Shown: positions 10,570 through 25,300 of the stretch, piece by piece
Position numbering within the stretch: position 1 is the stretch's first letter
How the letters are laid out: every line of letters begins with the position of its first letter
Source of the DNA: Mantamonas sphyraenae STR306
Lineage: Eukaryota; Protista; CRuMs
DNA: 64,000 bases
Direction: 5' to 3'
Assembly (NCBI GenBank): GCA_026936335.1
Contig: JAPMXV010000069.1
Span: forward strand, 124,001 to 188,000
Notes under the pieces: model-generated
What the model saw: only the letters and a program-made list of their open reading frames with translations
The model's database searches: none
Told to the model about the DNA's origin: nothing
Translations under genes and position numbers: made by a program

Positions 10570-12439
10570 TCAGTCCGAGTCGCTGGAGACATCGCTCGAG
10601 TCGTCGTTGTCCAAGTTGCTTGCCTTTCCACGGGTGATGGCCCAAATGCAGCCGATGATAAAGATGGCCACAATGATCCAGTTGCAGGCATAGTAGAAGA
10701 TGCCGAAAAAGTTCATCTTGAGGGTGATGCGGTTGACAAACAGGGCCAGCTGTGTCATGTGGCATTCGTTGGCCGGTGCCTCCAGGGTGCAGTCAACCAC
10801 CTTGCCGTCCAGGACATAAGTCTGCGTGCCAAACGTGGCATACTGAGGCGCCAGCGTGGTCAGCTGCACCGTCATGGTGAGCGCGACCCACATGAGAATC
10901 TCGGCGGTAAACAGCAGTGCCTGCGGGACACTCTGTCCTGCGCGCAGCTTGTACAGCTTGAGCCACAGGAAACGCACAGACATGCGCTTGATGCCGTGCA
11001 ACGTGGCAAACAGGGTGTATGCAATGGTGGCAATGAGGGTGATGTAGTCCATAGGGAAGGCGTGGGACATGGCCACCAGCATCTTGTCAAACGGGTTGAA
11101 TGTGGGCTTGACCGTGATGAAACCACACACCGATCCACACGAGAAGCTGGCCTTGTCAATGAGGCCCAGCACAAGCGACACCACAATCAGAATGGTGAAC
11201 AGCAGAAACACAATGCCAAACAGGTAACCAAACGGCGTAAGCACATCCCAAAGTCGCTCCCATCCTCGCTGACGCTGTGTCAGTGCCTCGGTACGGCTCG
11301 ACAGCAGACGCTCCTGTCGCTTGTGCCGCTCCAGTTCCATCTTGTCCTTCCTGCTCATCTTCTTGCCAGTCAGCGAGTACGTGCTCTCGATCTTGCGAAT
11401 CTTGTCACGACGCTCGCGCAGGTCCGCGTCCTGTGTGGGAAGGTGGGGGGGGGGGGGAGGGGGAAGGGGCCAGCGTGAGCACTATGGCCATCGTGTGGAG
11501 TGACACAACGACGGAAAAACTCGCTTCACGTTTGGTGCCACATACCATGTCTGCCTGCTCGACAGAGGCGCTGAGCTTGCCCTTAATCAGACGAATAGGC
11601 ATGGATGCCAGGCCGTAGGCTGTGTAGGTGATCCAGCAGGTGTAGCCGAGGCTGAGAAGCATGGCAAGTGCAAAGTCGATGGAACCCTGGCCTTCGTTGC
11701 CGCTGTCCAGTACAGTGGACACCCAGTGGTCGTTCTTGACGTCGGGACGCTTGCCCGGCTTGATGAGCAGACCGATGACCAGGATGATGATGAGGATGAC
11801 AACCAGGAAGGCCGTGTACTTGGTGGCACCGACCAAACGCTGGCGCACCGTCACGTCTTCGTCGTCCTCCTCGTAGTAAAAGTATGCCAGCGGAATGATC
11901 AGGAAACCCATTACCAAAGACAACGAAAAGATGGCTGTGTGTGTTTGTGTGGGTGTGTGGGTGTGGGTGTGCATGGGCGTCAACAACGAGCCACGCGCGA
12001 GGAATCGCCATCTCTGACCTTTCCGGCGCCATTTTCCCTCCGCGCGTTGCACAAACTCGCGTGGACTGCGCCAAACCACACACGCTGCATACACAGACGC
12101 AGTGCGTGAGGCTGTACAAACTCGTCACTCGTGTGGAAACCTACCCAGGTACAGGTCGTTGATGCTCTTGCCCAGCGTGGCGATGGTGGCGGCGTCGAGG
12201 ACATGCGCACCCGTTTCGTGGTTCTTGGCTGCCGACACCGCAAAGATGTCCACGGGGATGACAAAGAGGATAAGGACGGCCCAGGTCAGCCCAAACGAGC
12301 TGGCAATCGTGGGGAACACCTCCGACTCGTGCTTGTCCTGGTAGTAGCGCACCAGCAGGAAAGACGCCAGCAGCAACACCACACTAAAGATGGAGAATGC
12401 CACCCAGGCTCCACTCAGCACTTCGACTCCAGCTGCCAT
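10570..12439 (-). CDS. LMBRD1: LMBR1-family lysosomal cobalamin transport protein; exons 12439-12145, 11934-11546, 11430-10570
   Basis: IPVDIFAVS, IIPLAYFYYEE, YTAYGLASMP, FPMDY, LAPQYATFGTQ, C-H-M-T motifs; both introns are GT-AG and in frame. Confidence 0.88.
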
Positions 12440-12593
12440 GGTTGAACTTGGATGCAGAAGCGGGGGTGCAGGAATTCGTTGGCTGCATTCACGCGGGCTT
12501 GCACCACCTCCTTTGCACAGCACACACTGCACATCAATCTGCATCATTCGTGTTGTGCCACCACATCCTTTTCATTGTCTTCACAGCACCGAA

Positions 12594-15500
12594 TCAGTTC
12601 TTCACGGGGGTGTCTTCCTGGGACATGGTTGCGACGGCGGCCTCGTTGCCATCGTCCTCTCGTTTCTTGGCCGCCTCCTTGGCCGCCTCCTCCTCCTCAC
12701 GCTTGCGGTCCTCCTCCAGCGACTCTTCAATGGTCTTGTCGCCACGCATGGCACGGAAGCCAAACAGACGGCGCAGCAGATTCAGGAACGTTGTGAACGG
12801 CTTGAAGCCTGCGTAGTGGCCGTAGTGCAGGACCATGGCCACCAGTGTCACAATGTTCATAAATACAATGAGGAAGGACAAGAAGCCAATCCAGGCTGGA
12901 GACAGCTCCTGCAGGTAGAAGAACAGACCCAGGAACAGAGTGGCAAAGCTTGTGGTCAACGACATGGCCTCCAGGTTGTCCAGGATGTCGTCTTCGTACG
13001 GCTGGTACCAAATGTGCGTCACAATGGCGGCAAAGACGATAAACACGCCTGCCAGTGCCTGCACAAGGCGTGCGCTCTCGCCCACGGGCTGCACAAACAC
13101 CACAATGACAAGCACCATCACCTTGCGGATCATCAGCGGTCCCACCTCCCAGTAGAACTTGATCGAGTCGCGTTCAAAGCCGTTGTACAGGAAGCCATAC
13201 TTGGTGAGCATCACCTTGTCGCCGCCCTTCACCTTCTCCCTGTTCACGTACAACAGGATGGCGCCCGCCAGCGGGATGCCAATTGTGTACAGCAGGAGGA
13301 AGAACACACCGGCTGCCTGCCATCCTGCGTGCGAGTCCGAAGCACAATCGATGGTCACGTCGGCTGCAAGCACCTGCTGGCCGTTGCCCAGCGACACACA
13401 GTTGAACATCTCAAAGATGCGCTGAGTCAGCGACGGGTGGATCATAAAGAGCACCACCATGACGGTGACGTTGAACTGGTCGCGCGTGCGCACCCAGCTG
13501 GCCGTGCCGGCTGCCTTTTGCACCTGGTAAAAGATGAGAAAGACGGCGGCGGGCAGCACAATGGCAATCACGGGCACAAACATAAACAGGATGAACTTGG
13601 AGTAGAACACCTGCGTGCTGATGCCAAACATACAGTCCAGCGAGGAGATCTGCAGCTTCGGGGCACTGACGTTCTGGAAGATGCTGAACAGCGCGAGCAC
13701 AGAAGGCGGCCAGCGCAGATCGAAGGAGCTGGAGAACGACGTCAGCTGCATGTAGTTCAGCAGCAGCTTCATCATGGGCGTCGTCATCACAATGTACCCG
13801 GCGGCAATCTTGGCGTTGGCACGCATGGTGGAGCGGATCAGAAGGGCCACCACCACAAGCAAGGCAAGGAAGATGCCCAGCATGGCAAAGGCCACAGCCA
13901 CGGGCTCTGGGCACGCCTCACATGTCGATCCGGACTTTCCGTACCCGACGATGCACTGGTCACACAGCGGACCGCCGTGGCCGGCACGGCAGCCCGACTG
14001 CACGGTGCTGCCGCTGGCCGAGCCCACGCAGGCCTCCAACGAAATGCAGCGCACGTAGTCGGCGTTGCTCGAGTCGGCGCGCCAGAAACCGGGCTTTGTG
14101 CCCATGGTGTTGATACGCAGGCCGGTCTTTGTGCAGACGGCACCCTCGGGGCACGGGTCGCACTTGGTGAGCCTGTCGTTGCCGTCGTACGTGCCATAGA
14201 AGCCCACGCCACACTCGCACGTCTTGTTCAGCGCCACGGCATTGTTGGGGCACGATTGGCACCCCTGTGGATCCACAGCCGGGTCGTAAAAGGTGCCTGC
14301 CGCACACGACTGGCACACGGCCTGGCCGGCACCGGCTGTGTATTGCGAGGGACCGCAGCTGCTGCAGGAGGACGAGCCCGGTGCGGCTGCAAAGGTGCCA
14401 AAGGCGCAGTCCAGGCAGATTGTGCGCGCGGGAGCGGCTGCATACTTGCCTGCCGAGCAATCCGAACACACAGTCTGGCCCTGATTGAGGTTGAATGTGC
14501 CCGCGGGGCAGTTGCGGCACGTGGTCAGGCCCGCAGTGGAGGTGAACGAACCGGCGGGGCAGGACGTGCACGTCGTGGCGTCGTTGGTGTTGCTGAACGA
14601 CCCTGCGTTGCAGGGCGTGCAGGCACCGTTCACGCGGCTAGTGCCCGCGCGGCACGCAGCAATGACCACATTGATCAGAGAAGAGGTGGTGAGTCCAGGC
14701 GAGGTGAAGCGCAGCTGGTAGGTGCCTGCCGCAGGGGCGTTGACAATCAAGCCAGCAAAGTTGGCCTGGCCTCCTTCCACCACAATGCTCGTCACACCCT
14801 GGATGGTGATGCCCGAGGACACAACCTCCACAGACACAACTGTGCTGCGGTCACTTGTCACTCGGCGTCCGTAGATGTCGACCACGTTGACCAGAGGGGC
14901 GGGGCTCAGCGGCAGCGTGCTGTTCTGCTCGGCCGTCGTGAACGGCAGTGCCACAAGCGCGTCCGTAATCGTGGCGTTGTCGCCGCCGTACAGACCCACC
15001 GAGTTGCTGGCAAACGAGCACCCGCTGCACATGTACTCCGGCGCATCGCGCTCGAAAAAGAATCCACCGCCGTCACGCGAGGCTGCGTTGCTGCTGAACG
15101 TCTGTCCGCTCAACGTCAGCTTGGCCGCGTTGTACACAGGCTGCATGTACAGACCCGCGCCGTTCACCGCCTGGTTCTGGGCGTACGTCACCGTGGACAG
15201 GGTCAGCGCATCCACGCTGCTGCCCACAAACACTCCGCCTCCGTTGCCTGCGCTTGCCACGTTGCTGCGCACGTTGGCACGCATCACATACGTGCGGCTC
15301 GTGTCCTTGTGGTCAATCAGCAGCCCTGCGCCGTTGCCGGCCAGCGCTGTGTTGCCCTCCACATCGGTATCGGACACATTCATGTGAGCCGTGGCCGACG
15401 TGGCAAAGCCTGCGCCTGCGTTCGCCTGGTTCATCTTCACTGCGTTGTTGCCGCTGCTGCCACTGGTCTTATACATGGTCAGATCGGCACCGCCTGTGAG

Positions 15501-18500
15501 AAAGACCCCGCCGCCCTGCGAACCAGCCATGTTGCGGTTCACGGTGACATCCACCAGATGCACCTTGGCGTTGTCTGCCACCTGCACACCCGCACCCGTC
15601 GTCGAAGCCGCGTTGCCCATGATTGTCGACGCACGCACTGTGTACTCGGCAAAGAATGCAGCGCTGAAGCCTCCGCCCGAGCTGGCGCGGTTGTAGCGAG
15701 CCGTGAGGGACGTGAGCGTAGAGGCTGTGGCTGCAGTTCCGCTCTGAACCGCCACTCCGCCGCCCAAACCCGATGCCGTGTTGTTTTCCGCCGTCAGCAT
15801 GCTCATGCTCACCACGGCGTCCTCCACGTTCAAACCACCGCCGTTGCGCGTGGCCGTGTTGTACTTGAGCATGATCTTGCTCGCCGGGTTGATGGTGCCG
15901 CTCTCGAAGCTGATGCCTCCGCCGTCCTGGGCCTGCGACATGGTCACGTTGATGTCCGTGAACGTGGTCGACGTGCAGGACACCAGCGAGATGCCTCCGC
16001 CTCCGCGTGCGGCCTTGCCGTTGGTCACCGTGCCCGAAGTCCAGCTCAGTGTGGCTCCGTTGGCACTCACACCGCCTCCGTTGCCGCTCACCGACGTGCC
16101 GTTGGTCACTGTCACCGAGTTGAACGTGGCTGTGCCCTGCTCAATCGACACGCAACCGCCGTCGCCAGTTGATTCGCAGTTCTCCACCGCCACGTTGGTC
16201 AGCACAGTTGTGGCGCCCACAGCACGCAGCGCTGCTCCCTTTCCTGTCGTTGTGCGTGCGTTGCGCAGCGTCAGCGCCTCCAGCGTCGGAGAGCCACCGT
16301 TGAAGGTGAAACCGGGGCCGTTGCCAAAGTCCAGCACCGTGGTACCTGCACCCTTGCCCTTGAGGGTAAAGGTGGACGACGGAAGCGTGAGGGCACCGGA
16401 GGACAGCACGCCCTCGGGCAGGTTGAGCACATCGCCAGACGAGGCCTGGGCAATAGTCGGTGCCACCTGCTCGGCCGTGTCGACCACTGCCTGGCGTGTG
16501 TCCGTGCGGATGTTCTTGAACGTGGGCAGACCGGCCTGCTCTGTGCTGATCGACGCCACCGTCAACGACTGCACATACCACGACATCGACGAATCGGAAA
16601 ACGACGGGATGTTGTCCTCAGACAGGTCCGTGTAGTTGAGGGAGGCGCCGGTAAAGGCACCGCCAATGTCGGCGTTGAGGCTGCGGAACGAGGTGCCCGC
16701 GGTGTCAAACGCACTGACCAGGGTGGACACGGCGCCAGTGGACAGGCGTCCACCAGCAATCCACAGCTCGGTGCCCACCACAGCAAAGGCGCTGCCGTAG
16801 GTCGCCGCAGGCGTTCCGGAAGTGGTGATACTGGACCACGTCGCTGTACCCGACCCGATGGCCAAGCGGAACAGTGTGTTGCTGAATGGCTCGATGGCGT
16901 GGTCGCCCGACGGCTTGCCACCCCACAGGTACGCATTGCTGCCAACACAGCCAAAGCCCGGAGACAGAACCTGGCGCGGCCCTGTGCCCGACAGCGTCAG
17001 CTGCGACCACGAGTTGCCGCCCGGCGCAAGCACATGCGCATCGGTGCGGTACAGGAAACCCGTCATCGTGCGTTCTCGGCCACCGTACACGAGCAGCGAG
17101 CGATCGCCCGAGCCCGAGGGCGTGCCAAACGCACACATTTTGGGCAGTTCACGCGCAGGCGGGAGCGTTCCGGTGATGGCCACCCAAGTGTTGTTGGCAC
17201 CCAGGTTCAGGTATCCAGAATAGCCAGCAGTGAGCACACCACCCGTGGGGTGGCGCCCGCCAAAGTGATGCACCTTGTTGTTGTCGTACACCACCGCGTG
17301 GTAGCGTTCCGAAGCAATGGCCGCACCCGACGCGTTGTTTGTGCTCATCAGCGTCCACTGGCGCGTGGCAATGTCAAACTCGGCGTGCGCCGCCGTGGAC
17401 AGCGAGTAGGCCTTTGTGGCCGACGAGGCCAGCTGCGTGTCGCTGCGTCGCTGGCGGCCGTCGTGGTAGATCGGGTTCATGTGGATTGTCTTTCGGATCG
17501 TGTCCACCGTCGCTGTGATCATGGTGAAGTTGGTGTTGCCTTCAAAGCCCTTGATGATGGCAATGAGTCGGCCCGGTACCTCCTGCGACAAATATGTGGC
17601 ACCCTTGGTCACGCCGGTGCTGCCAGCGATCGCCATGGCCCGCGCAAAGTCCTGCATGCCCGTCTGCGTCATGGTTTCTGTCTGGCAGGTGAACTGGGCC
17701 AGGTGGCACGTGATGACGTCAAAGCCGGTGTTTGCGTTGTTGCCACGCAGGATCCAGTAGCGGTCTGTGGCCTTGTCGTATTGGCCCTCGTAGAACTTGG
17801 AGCCACCCACAGCAGGCACGCTACCTCCGTTGGTGGTGATGTCATACAGGCTAAACACACCCGGTGTGGCCGTGACGTTGGCCGCATGGAACATCCAGGA
17901 CTTGGTGGGCCAGTCCACGTGGGGCCAGAACAAGTTGCCGTGTTTGTCCACAATGCCCTCGTACTTCAGGCTGATTGTGCTACCAAAGCCACCGGTGCCC
18001 ACAGCTGTGGCGTTGGTGGCGGCAAAGCTGAGCGACAGCGTGGTCCATGTGCTCGAAGCAAAGTGAAAGCGGTGCAAGCCGTCGTCAGCCAGTTTAGCAG
18101 AGCCGGTCAATCCGAACGAGCCGGCACCAATGAACATGTACTCATCGTTCATGGCCATGGAGTGGTCGTTGCGCGCCTTGGGGGCTGTGCCGCTGACCTT
18201 GGCAATGGACCAGGTGCTGGTGGTAAGGTCCACCTCAGAGAACAAACCCGTAGGGGTGTCCGGAGCTGCTGCGTACCCACCAAAGCAGTAGATCTTGCGC
18301 CCTGCACGATACACCGCACAGCGCTTGTCGTGCAGATAGGTGGTGATACCACTGGATGTCGTAGAAATGGCCGACATGGTTTCTGGTGAGCGTCAAAAGG
18401 GCACAAACACACACACACACACACAGAGCGTCAGCACCAAGCACCAGGCAACGGTATGGCAGTTCGGGCAGGCAGGCAGGATGATAGACGGCTCAAAGGT

Positions 18501-19088
18501 TGGGCAGAACACTGCGTTGGTGCTCCGTGCACACTTACCGTAGTCCCAGACGCCTGGGCCAAGGCCGCTCCCGGCAGCTGTGATGTAAACCTTGCCACCG
18601 GTGGCAAACATGGGTACGGTTTGACCGCCCAAAGCTGTAGTCAGCGGTGCAAGCATGCCTTGCATCGTTGCGCCGTTGCCCACATCGAGGAATCGAGTCT
18701 TGGCGGCTGAGGTGAATAATTTTTCAACGGCCACAAACGCGGGAAAAACATGTGTGTCAGAATTTTGATGGTGTTTGTGCAACAGGCCTTTTCCTCGCAC
18801 TGACGCCACGTGTGCGTCTGTACAATGAAAACACAGGCGTGGGTGACACTGTATTCATGTGTGCACATGGATCGCCTGCGCCATCAGATGGTGTACGTCA
18901 CGAGAGATGGCCATTTGTCATGGGTGTAAAAATGTTCGCACCCAACGATCCGCATGCCACCTTCCTGCCGCACCCAACAACTCATAGGGCACAGTAGAGC
19001 CAGCGGTGCCACACGTGCGTTCTCTCCTCACGGATCACTCACTTGCAAATGCAACCAGTACCAGCAGGATGATAGCAATCTTCTGCAT
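12594..19088 (-). CDS. Giant surface receptor/channel-like protein A (about 2000 aa): signal peptide, Kelch propellers, PMP-like beta-helix, Cys-rich repeats, about 9-TM TRP_C/Flc-like domain
   Basis: Signal exon MQKIAIILLVLVAFA (19088-19043); intron 18383-18538 verified in frame, the more 5' intron boundary is less certain; FGG/YGG/WGG Kelch motifs; repeated NxAxxGGG; CxxCPAGxF repeats; YGFLYNGF, YWE, QPY motifs. Confidence 0.85.
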
Positions 19089-19377
19089 CGGTCTCGAAAA
19101 GGGTTTGCTCCGTTTGCGGGGAGGCTTCGTCGCGAGTGCCCTCTCTTTTCCAATGAATCGTGCCATGAAGTTGCATACTGCGTTGTTTGCTTTGCGTAAG
19201 TGTACCCCTGCCAATGGTGTTGTGTGGCGCGTGCTACAGTGTGGTGATGGCATGAACATGACTCTCACACAGAATGTACGCGTGTAGTTTTCCTGGCGGC
19301 CTTGATTCAGGCTGAGCGCACGCCAACCTGGTACACGTTCAACATGCAGGCCACCATCGGCACGACCAAGGTCGTGT

Positions 19378-22300
19378 ATGGCACATCCATCTTCTACTTC
19401 TCTCAGGATTCGAGTATCGGGCCGTATGCCTTTGACACTGGTGAGTGGCAGCGGAGAAAAGCTCGTTGACAACAGAGAATTTCGCGCGTTTGTGCATGGA
19501 TGCAATTTTCTGTGCCGTTGCCCTTTCTTTGCTCTTGCCCTCGTCGCCACGCTCACTCTCGGCCGCCCCGTGCCCACTCGCCACCCAGTCCGTCGCGTGT
19601 GGTACCAACCCACTCGCCTGAGCACCGACCCCGGTGTGCTCCAACTTCAGCGCCCGTTCGTAGTTGGCCGCGAGTAAGTTGGTTTCCCGCGTTTGCGGTG
19701 CTTTTTTCAACACTCCGCTGTTTGCTGACCACCCTGCACGCCTGCCTTATCACACACACACACAACACAGTATCTGGCTGACAGGTGGCAAGGCTCTGCC
19801 CAACGAAGGCCTTCGGTACATCAAGTACAGCACAAGTAAGGACAGCATTGGCGTGTTTTCTGGCAAAACCCCCGAACCGTACTCACACCGAACACATTCA
19901 CGCGTCCACCCTCGCGTTCGTTCGCTGATCCCTCCCCAGCCGCCAACACGTGGACCACGGGCATTTCGTTCTCTGGCACTACCCCGACCCTGGGTGGCCA
20001 CTCTGGCCACGTGATCGGCACGGATCTGTACATGTACGGAGGCAACGGTGTGGGCGATGTGGGCACCACCGGTATTGCGTGGAACACGCTGTACAAGCTG
20101 GATACGCTCACCAACACGTGGAGCACCGTTTCGACAACAGGCACGGCGCCGTTTGCACGCATCAACGCCGTCAGTGCACAGCTTGGCGCCAATGTGTATG
20201 TCATGGGTGGTGCCAACCCAGATGCAGGCACTCCGTTCACCGATGGCGTGTTTCTGCTGGACACGACAACCAATGCCTGGTCGTCCATGAACATCCCTTT
20301 GGCCGGCCCCGGCGTTAGTGCTGGCCCTGGCAACGACGACACCGTCACCGACGCGACCAACCTGGGCGAACGACGCATGGTTGTGATCACACGCAATGCG
20401 GGTGCCCTCAACGTGATCATGTATGACCAGGTCGCAAACACGTGGCAGCGCAAAGCTCCCACCAACGCCCCCGCGCACCCGTTCGGCGACTTCTTTGCAC
20501 AACCTACGGGCAACATTGGCTTCTTCAAGCCCGCTACAGACACGCTGTACATGGCGTCGAACCAGTCGGCTCTGTCGTTTGATGCACCAAAGTCTGGCTT
20601 CAAGATCCTCCCGTTCTACCTCGAGGGCAGCGTGACCGGCGCCATCGAAGTCAACCGCACCGTCTACTTCCTGCCCTACGGTGTGCGAAGGCACGGTCTG
20701 CTGACCTGTAGGCAGAACACGCAGGATGTCTCTGTGCAGCCGTGTACGTCTTTCACTGACATCCAACGCGCCCCGGGCTACATGTGGACGTTCAACCTGG
20801 ACACGTACGAGTGGAAGCAGGAGAGCCCCAGTGGAGCCAATGTTCCCCCCTGCTATGCTCCAGCCTACTTTGAGCCGCTCAACCGCATTTACTGCCTGGG
20901 AACACCCGAAACCCAGACGTACGCATGGGGTTACCTTGATCTGAACACCAACAGCTGGGTGGTGCTGCCCAACACGGGCCTCATTCAGCGCCGTGGCAGC
21001 CACCTCTTCCAACAGTACAACAGCACCCACATGATTGCCATCTTTGGAAGCACCTCGTGGACCGACACCACCGCGCCGCTCACCAACGCCCAGTTCCTGG
21101 ACGTTGCCTCTGGCACGTGGACCGTTGTAGGCAACGTCACGCGTGCCACCGACCAGACATACCACAATCCCATCGTCTTCTCCGAAAAGGGAGGCTTTGG
21201 TGGTGGCTACCAGATGCCCAGGTCGGGCTGCACCATGCTTGCTGGCTCGAAGGCTCACTTCCTGTTTCAAGGCTCGTACGGAAACACGGTTACGGGCGGC
21301 GGCATTGGCATCGAGCCCACAGCCACACAGACGATGTTTGACTTCAACACCGACCACTACGGCACATACAACACAGGCGTCTCCGAGGCCCGCACGTTCC
21401 CGGAAGGCTGCTGGGGGATCCCAAAGCAGGATGGCACTGGACACTATCTGTATGCCATCGGTGGCCAGGACGCACTCGGCGAGTCGTTTGACGGTCTTTC
21501 GCGCATCGAGTACAACAGCAACGGAGACTACGTGGCATATACGCAGCAGGTGACCACCGTAGGTCGCTCGGGCTGGGTCAACATGGGCAAGAACAGGATG
21601 CCCAGGTCAGACTGGTTTACGCCTCGCTCGCCCGTGCTGGGCGACGGTCGCTTCCTCTTTGTCAACACCCTTGCATGGAACTATGCAGGTCAGTCAAACC
21701 AGACCATGTATGTGCTGGACACCCAGAGCAAGACGTACACCATCACGACCGACTTTGGCGGCATCAACGCCGCCTTGGAGGGCATGAACGACGGAGACAC
21801 GCTGCGCGTGGGCCCTGGCACGTACTACGACTCCAACATCAACTTCCTGGGTCGCAGTGTTACGGTGACATCCACGGCCGGTGCCGCCAACACGATCATC
21901 GATTGCCAGGGCCGAGCCGGATTCATTTTTGCCAACGGTGAGACGAGCACGAGCGTGCTGTCTGGCTTCACCATGCGCAACTGCAAGGCTGCGCGCGGAG
22001 GCGGTCTGTACGTGGACGGCACGTCGCCCACGGTGACCAACATGCGCTTCGAGTCGTGCAGTGCCACGGTGGACGGCGGCGCAGTGTACCTGCGTTCCAC
22101 CTCTGTTGACCTGTCCAACGGCGTGTTCCACAACAACACGGCGACCGGCTCTGGCGGCGCCATTGCCTGTGTCTCGTCCACGTTGGGCCTGTCCAACTCG
22201 CAGCTGACGTCCAACCAGGCGCGTGTGGGAGGAGCCCTGTTCAGCAGCATCTGCACAGTGACTGGCACCAACACGGCCGTGAGCAACAACAAAGCCACGA

Positions 22301-25300
22301 GCCTGGGTGGTGGTCTGTTTGCCTTCCAGAGCACGGTGTCGCTGACCAACCCCACCATGAGTGGTAATGCAGCAGACAGTGTGGGCGGTGGCGTGTACGC
22401 CTTCAAGGGCGTGTTGTCCATGACCAACGGCATGGCCACGATGAACACGGCCTCCAACGGTGGCTTTGCTGTGGTGCGCCGTGGCCAGGTCACGCTCAAT
22501 GGCATCAGCGTGTCGCAGAACCGTGCCACGCAGCGCGGCGGAGGCGTGTATGCGGACGAGTACGTGGACATGCGCGTGCAGAACGCTCTGTTCCGTGGCA
22601 ACACGGCAGGCACGACAGGTGGCGCCATCGACGTCACCGGGTTTGCCGCTCTGTATGTGATGAACGGCACTACGTTGGACGGAAACATGGCGACGGACGG
22701 CGGCGCGTTGGCCGTCGATGGCAGCGCCGAGCTGCGTGTGCTGAGCGGCTCCACGCTGACAAACAACGTGGCCATGGACAACGGCGGTGCGGTGTTTTCG
22801 GACGCCGAGGCGCATGTGGAGGTGGACATGAGCACAGTGAGCAACAACCGTGCGGTGAACATGCGTGGCGGCGGTTTGTACCTGAACCACATCGACACGC
22901 AAGCACAGGCGCTGATCTGGCGCAGCACGCTGACGAACAATTCGGCGCCCATGAGCAACGGTGGCGGCGTGTACGTCACCTCTGTGACCACGAAGCTGGC
23001 GGTGCGCATGGTGACCCTGTCGATGAACCAGGCTGTGTCAGGCGGCGCCATGTATGTGGTGCCGGCTGTGCAAGGGCCGCTGGAGCTGTCGGGCGTCACC
23101 ATGAATGGCAACCGCGCCACTCTGTCGGGCGCAGGCTTCTTTTTCAACGCCTACCGACCGCTGCCGCTGTGCACGGGCTGCACGTATGCCAACAACGTGG
23201 CCGACGTGTATGGATCGAACAACGCCACGCAGGCGGACGCCCTCATGGGCGTGCGTGTGCCGAGCAGCGCGCAGGAGAGCGGCAAGGTACTTGAACCCAC
23301 GCTTGCGCTGGCTGTGGTGGACGTGTACGGACGCGTGGTGCGTTCGGACAACACCACCGTGGTGGACATTGCGCCCGGCACAGGTGTGAACGCAGGTCTG
23401 TTGGGTGGCACCAAGTCGGTGGCAGTGAATGGCGTGGCCACGTTTGCCTCTACGGCAGTCACAGCCACCATGGCCGGCACATACCGCCTGAATGCCACCT
23501 CGGGCTCGCTGGCTCACCTCGAGTTTGACGTTATCGTGAGTGCATGTGCGGCAGGCACATACCGTGCAGGCACGCTGTGCACCACGTGTGCGGCGGGCAA
23601 GTTTACAAACGCACCGGACCAAACACAGTGCACAGATTGTGCAGTGGGCACCGCTGCAGTCGCAGGCGCGTCCGTGTGCACGCCGTGTCAGCTGGGTTTC
23701 ACCACAAACGGATTGGTGGGCCAGGAGCTGTGCGTGTCGTGCGACGCGGGCAAGTTTGCTGCTGTGCGCGGTTCAAGCTCGTGCACGGATTGCCCCGTGG
23801 GCACCTTTGCACCCGGATCGGGCACAGCCAACTGCACCACATGTGCGGACAACTCGTTCACGGCCACGGTTGGCCAAAGCGAGTGCACTGTGTGTGGTGC
23901 GGGCCAGGTGTACCAGCCGTCGGTGAACCCGCTGGCATGCACGCCGTGCCCCGCCAACGCCGTGGGCCTCAACGGCGCCTGCGTGTGCGAGGGCAACTTC
24001 TACACGGAGAGCAGCACCAACGTGGACTGCAAACCCTGCCCCACGGGCGCCATCTGCGAGAAACCTGGAACCACGCTGGCCAACATGCGCCTGCAGGCCA
24101 ACTATTGGCGTGCCAACACGTCGTCGGCCCAGCTGCTGCAGTGTCTGGACGAGACGTCGTGCGTGAACAAAGACGGCACGCCGGGCTGCCAGGAGGGCCA
24201 CCAAGGTCCGCTGTGCGGTGCGTGTGCTCCGGGATATGGCAAGAACGGCGTGGTGTGCCAAACATGCCCGTCGCGCACGGAGAACAACCTGGTGCTCACG
24301 GGCATTGTGTTTGCAGCCATCATTGTGGCGGTCATCTTTGTGCGCTCCACACTGGACACCAAGAAGCAGGACAAGAAACGCAAACGCGCCGAGAAGAACC
24401 TGACCACACCCATGCTCAAGATCTTTATGAACTTCATGCAGCTCACGGCGCTGGCAGCCAAGTTTGACCTGCAGTGGCCGCCCGAGTTGCTGGCTCTGTT
24501 CAACACACAGGAGACTGTGTCACAGGTGCGCCTGCAAGTCTCGTCCATTGATTGCGTGCTGATTGAGGACGGCTACGCGCACGTGTTCTACCCCAAGTTC
24601 ATTGCGTACTGCATGCTGCCCCTGATTGCCATTGTGCTTCCGGCCATGGTGTTTGGCTTCTGGTACCTGCTGCAAAGCAAGCTCAAGCAGGGCAAGGAAG
24701 ACTTCGACCAGGAGGAGTTGAAGGCCCAGATGAAGAACAACACCATCATCACGGTGATGGTCATCCTGTTCCTGGTGCACCCGTCCGTGTCGCAGCGCAT
24801 CTTTGAGGTGTTTAGCTGTGTGGACATTGGCGGCACCTCGGTTCTGGTTGCCGACGTGACCATCGACTGCGCCAGCGAGGAGCACGGCACATACATCGGC
24901 CTTGGTGTCATGTTCCTGTTGCTGTGGACGCTGGGCATCCCTGTGACTGGTGGTGTGTTGCTGTGGCGCAACCGCGAGCTGGTATACAACAACGACAAGG
25001 ACTTCCGCAACCGCTTCGGGTTCCTCTTTTTCGGCTTTGAGAAGGAGGGCATCAAGTTCCTGTGGGAGGTGGGACCCATCATGTTCCGCAAGGTGTTCCT
25101 CATCTTCCTGGTGGTGTTCCTGAGCGGCTTCAGTGTGATGCTGCAGGCCCTGGCTGCCGTCTTCCTTGTGTTTGGCATGCTCGTGCTCCATGTGCACTAC
25201 CAGCCCTACGAGAACGATCTGCTGGACTCGATGGAGTTCTTGTCGCTGATCGGTTCCTTCTTCACGCTGTACTTTGGTTTGTACTTCTTTGCGAGCACCG

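Noticed and set aside
12390-16172. 1260-aa plus-strand ORF (and similar long antisense ORFs at 47791-50298, 61540-63981, 8799-10691 and 59849-61552)
   Set aside because: Shadow frames opposite real genes, caused by GC-rich codon bias; the translations have no protein-like motifs.
14900-23200. PMP-like repeats as evidence of bacterial contamination or recent Chlamydia HGT
   Set aside because: The genes have spliceosomal introns, eukaryotic Cys-rich and TM domains, host-like codon usage and no autotransporter barrel.
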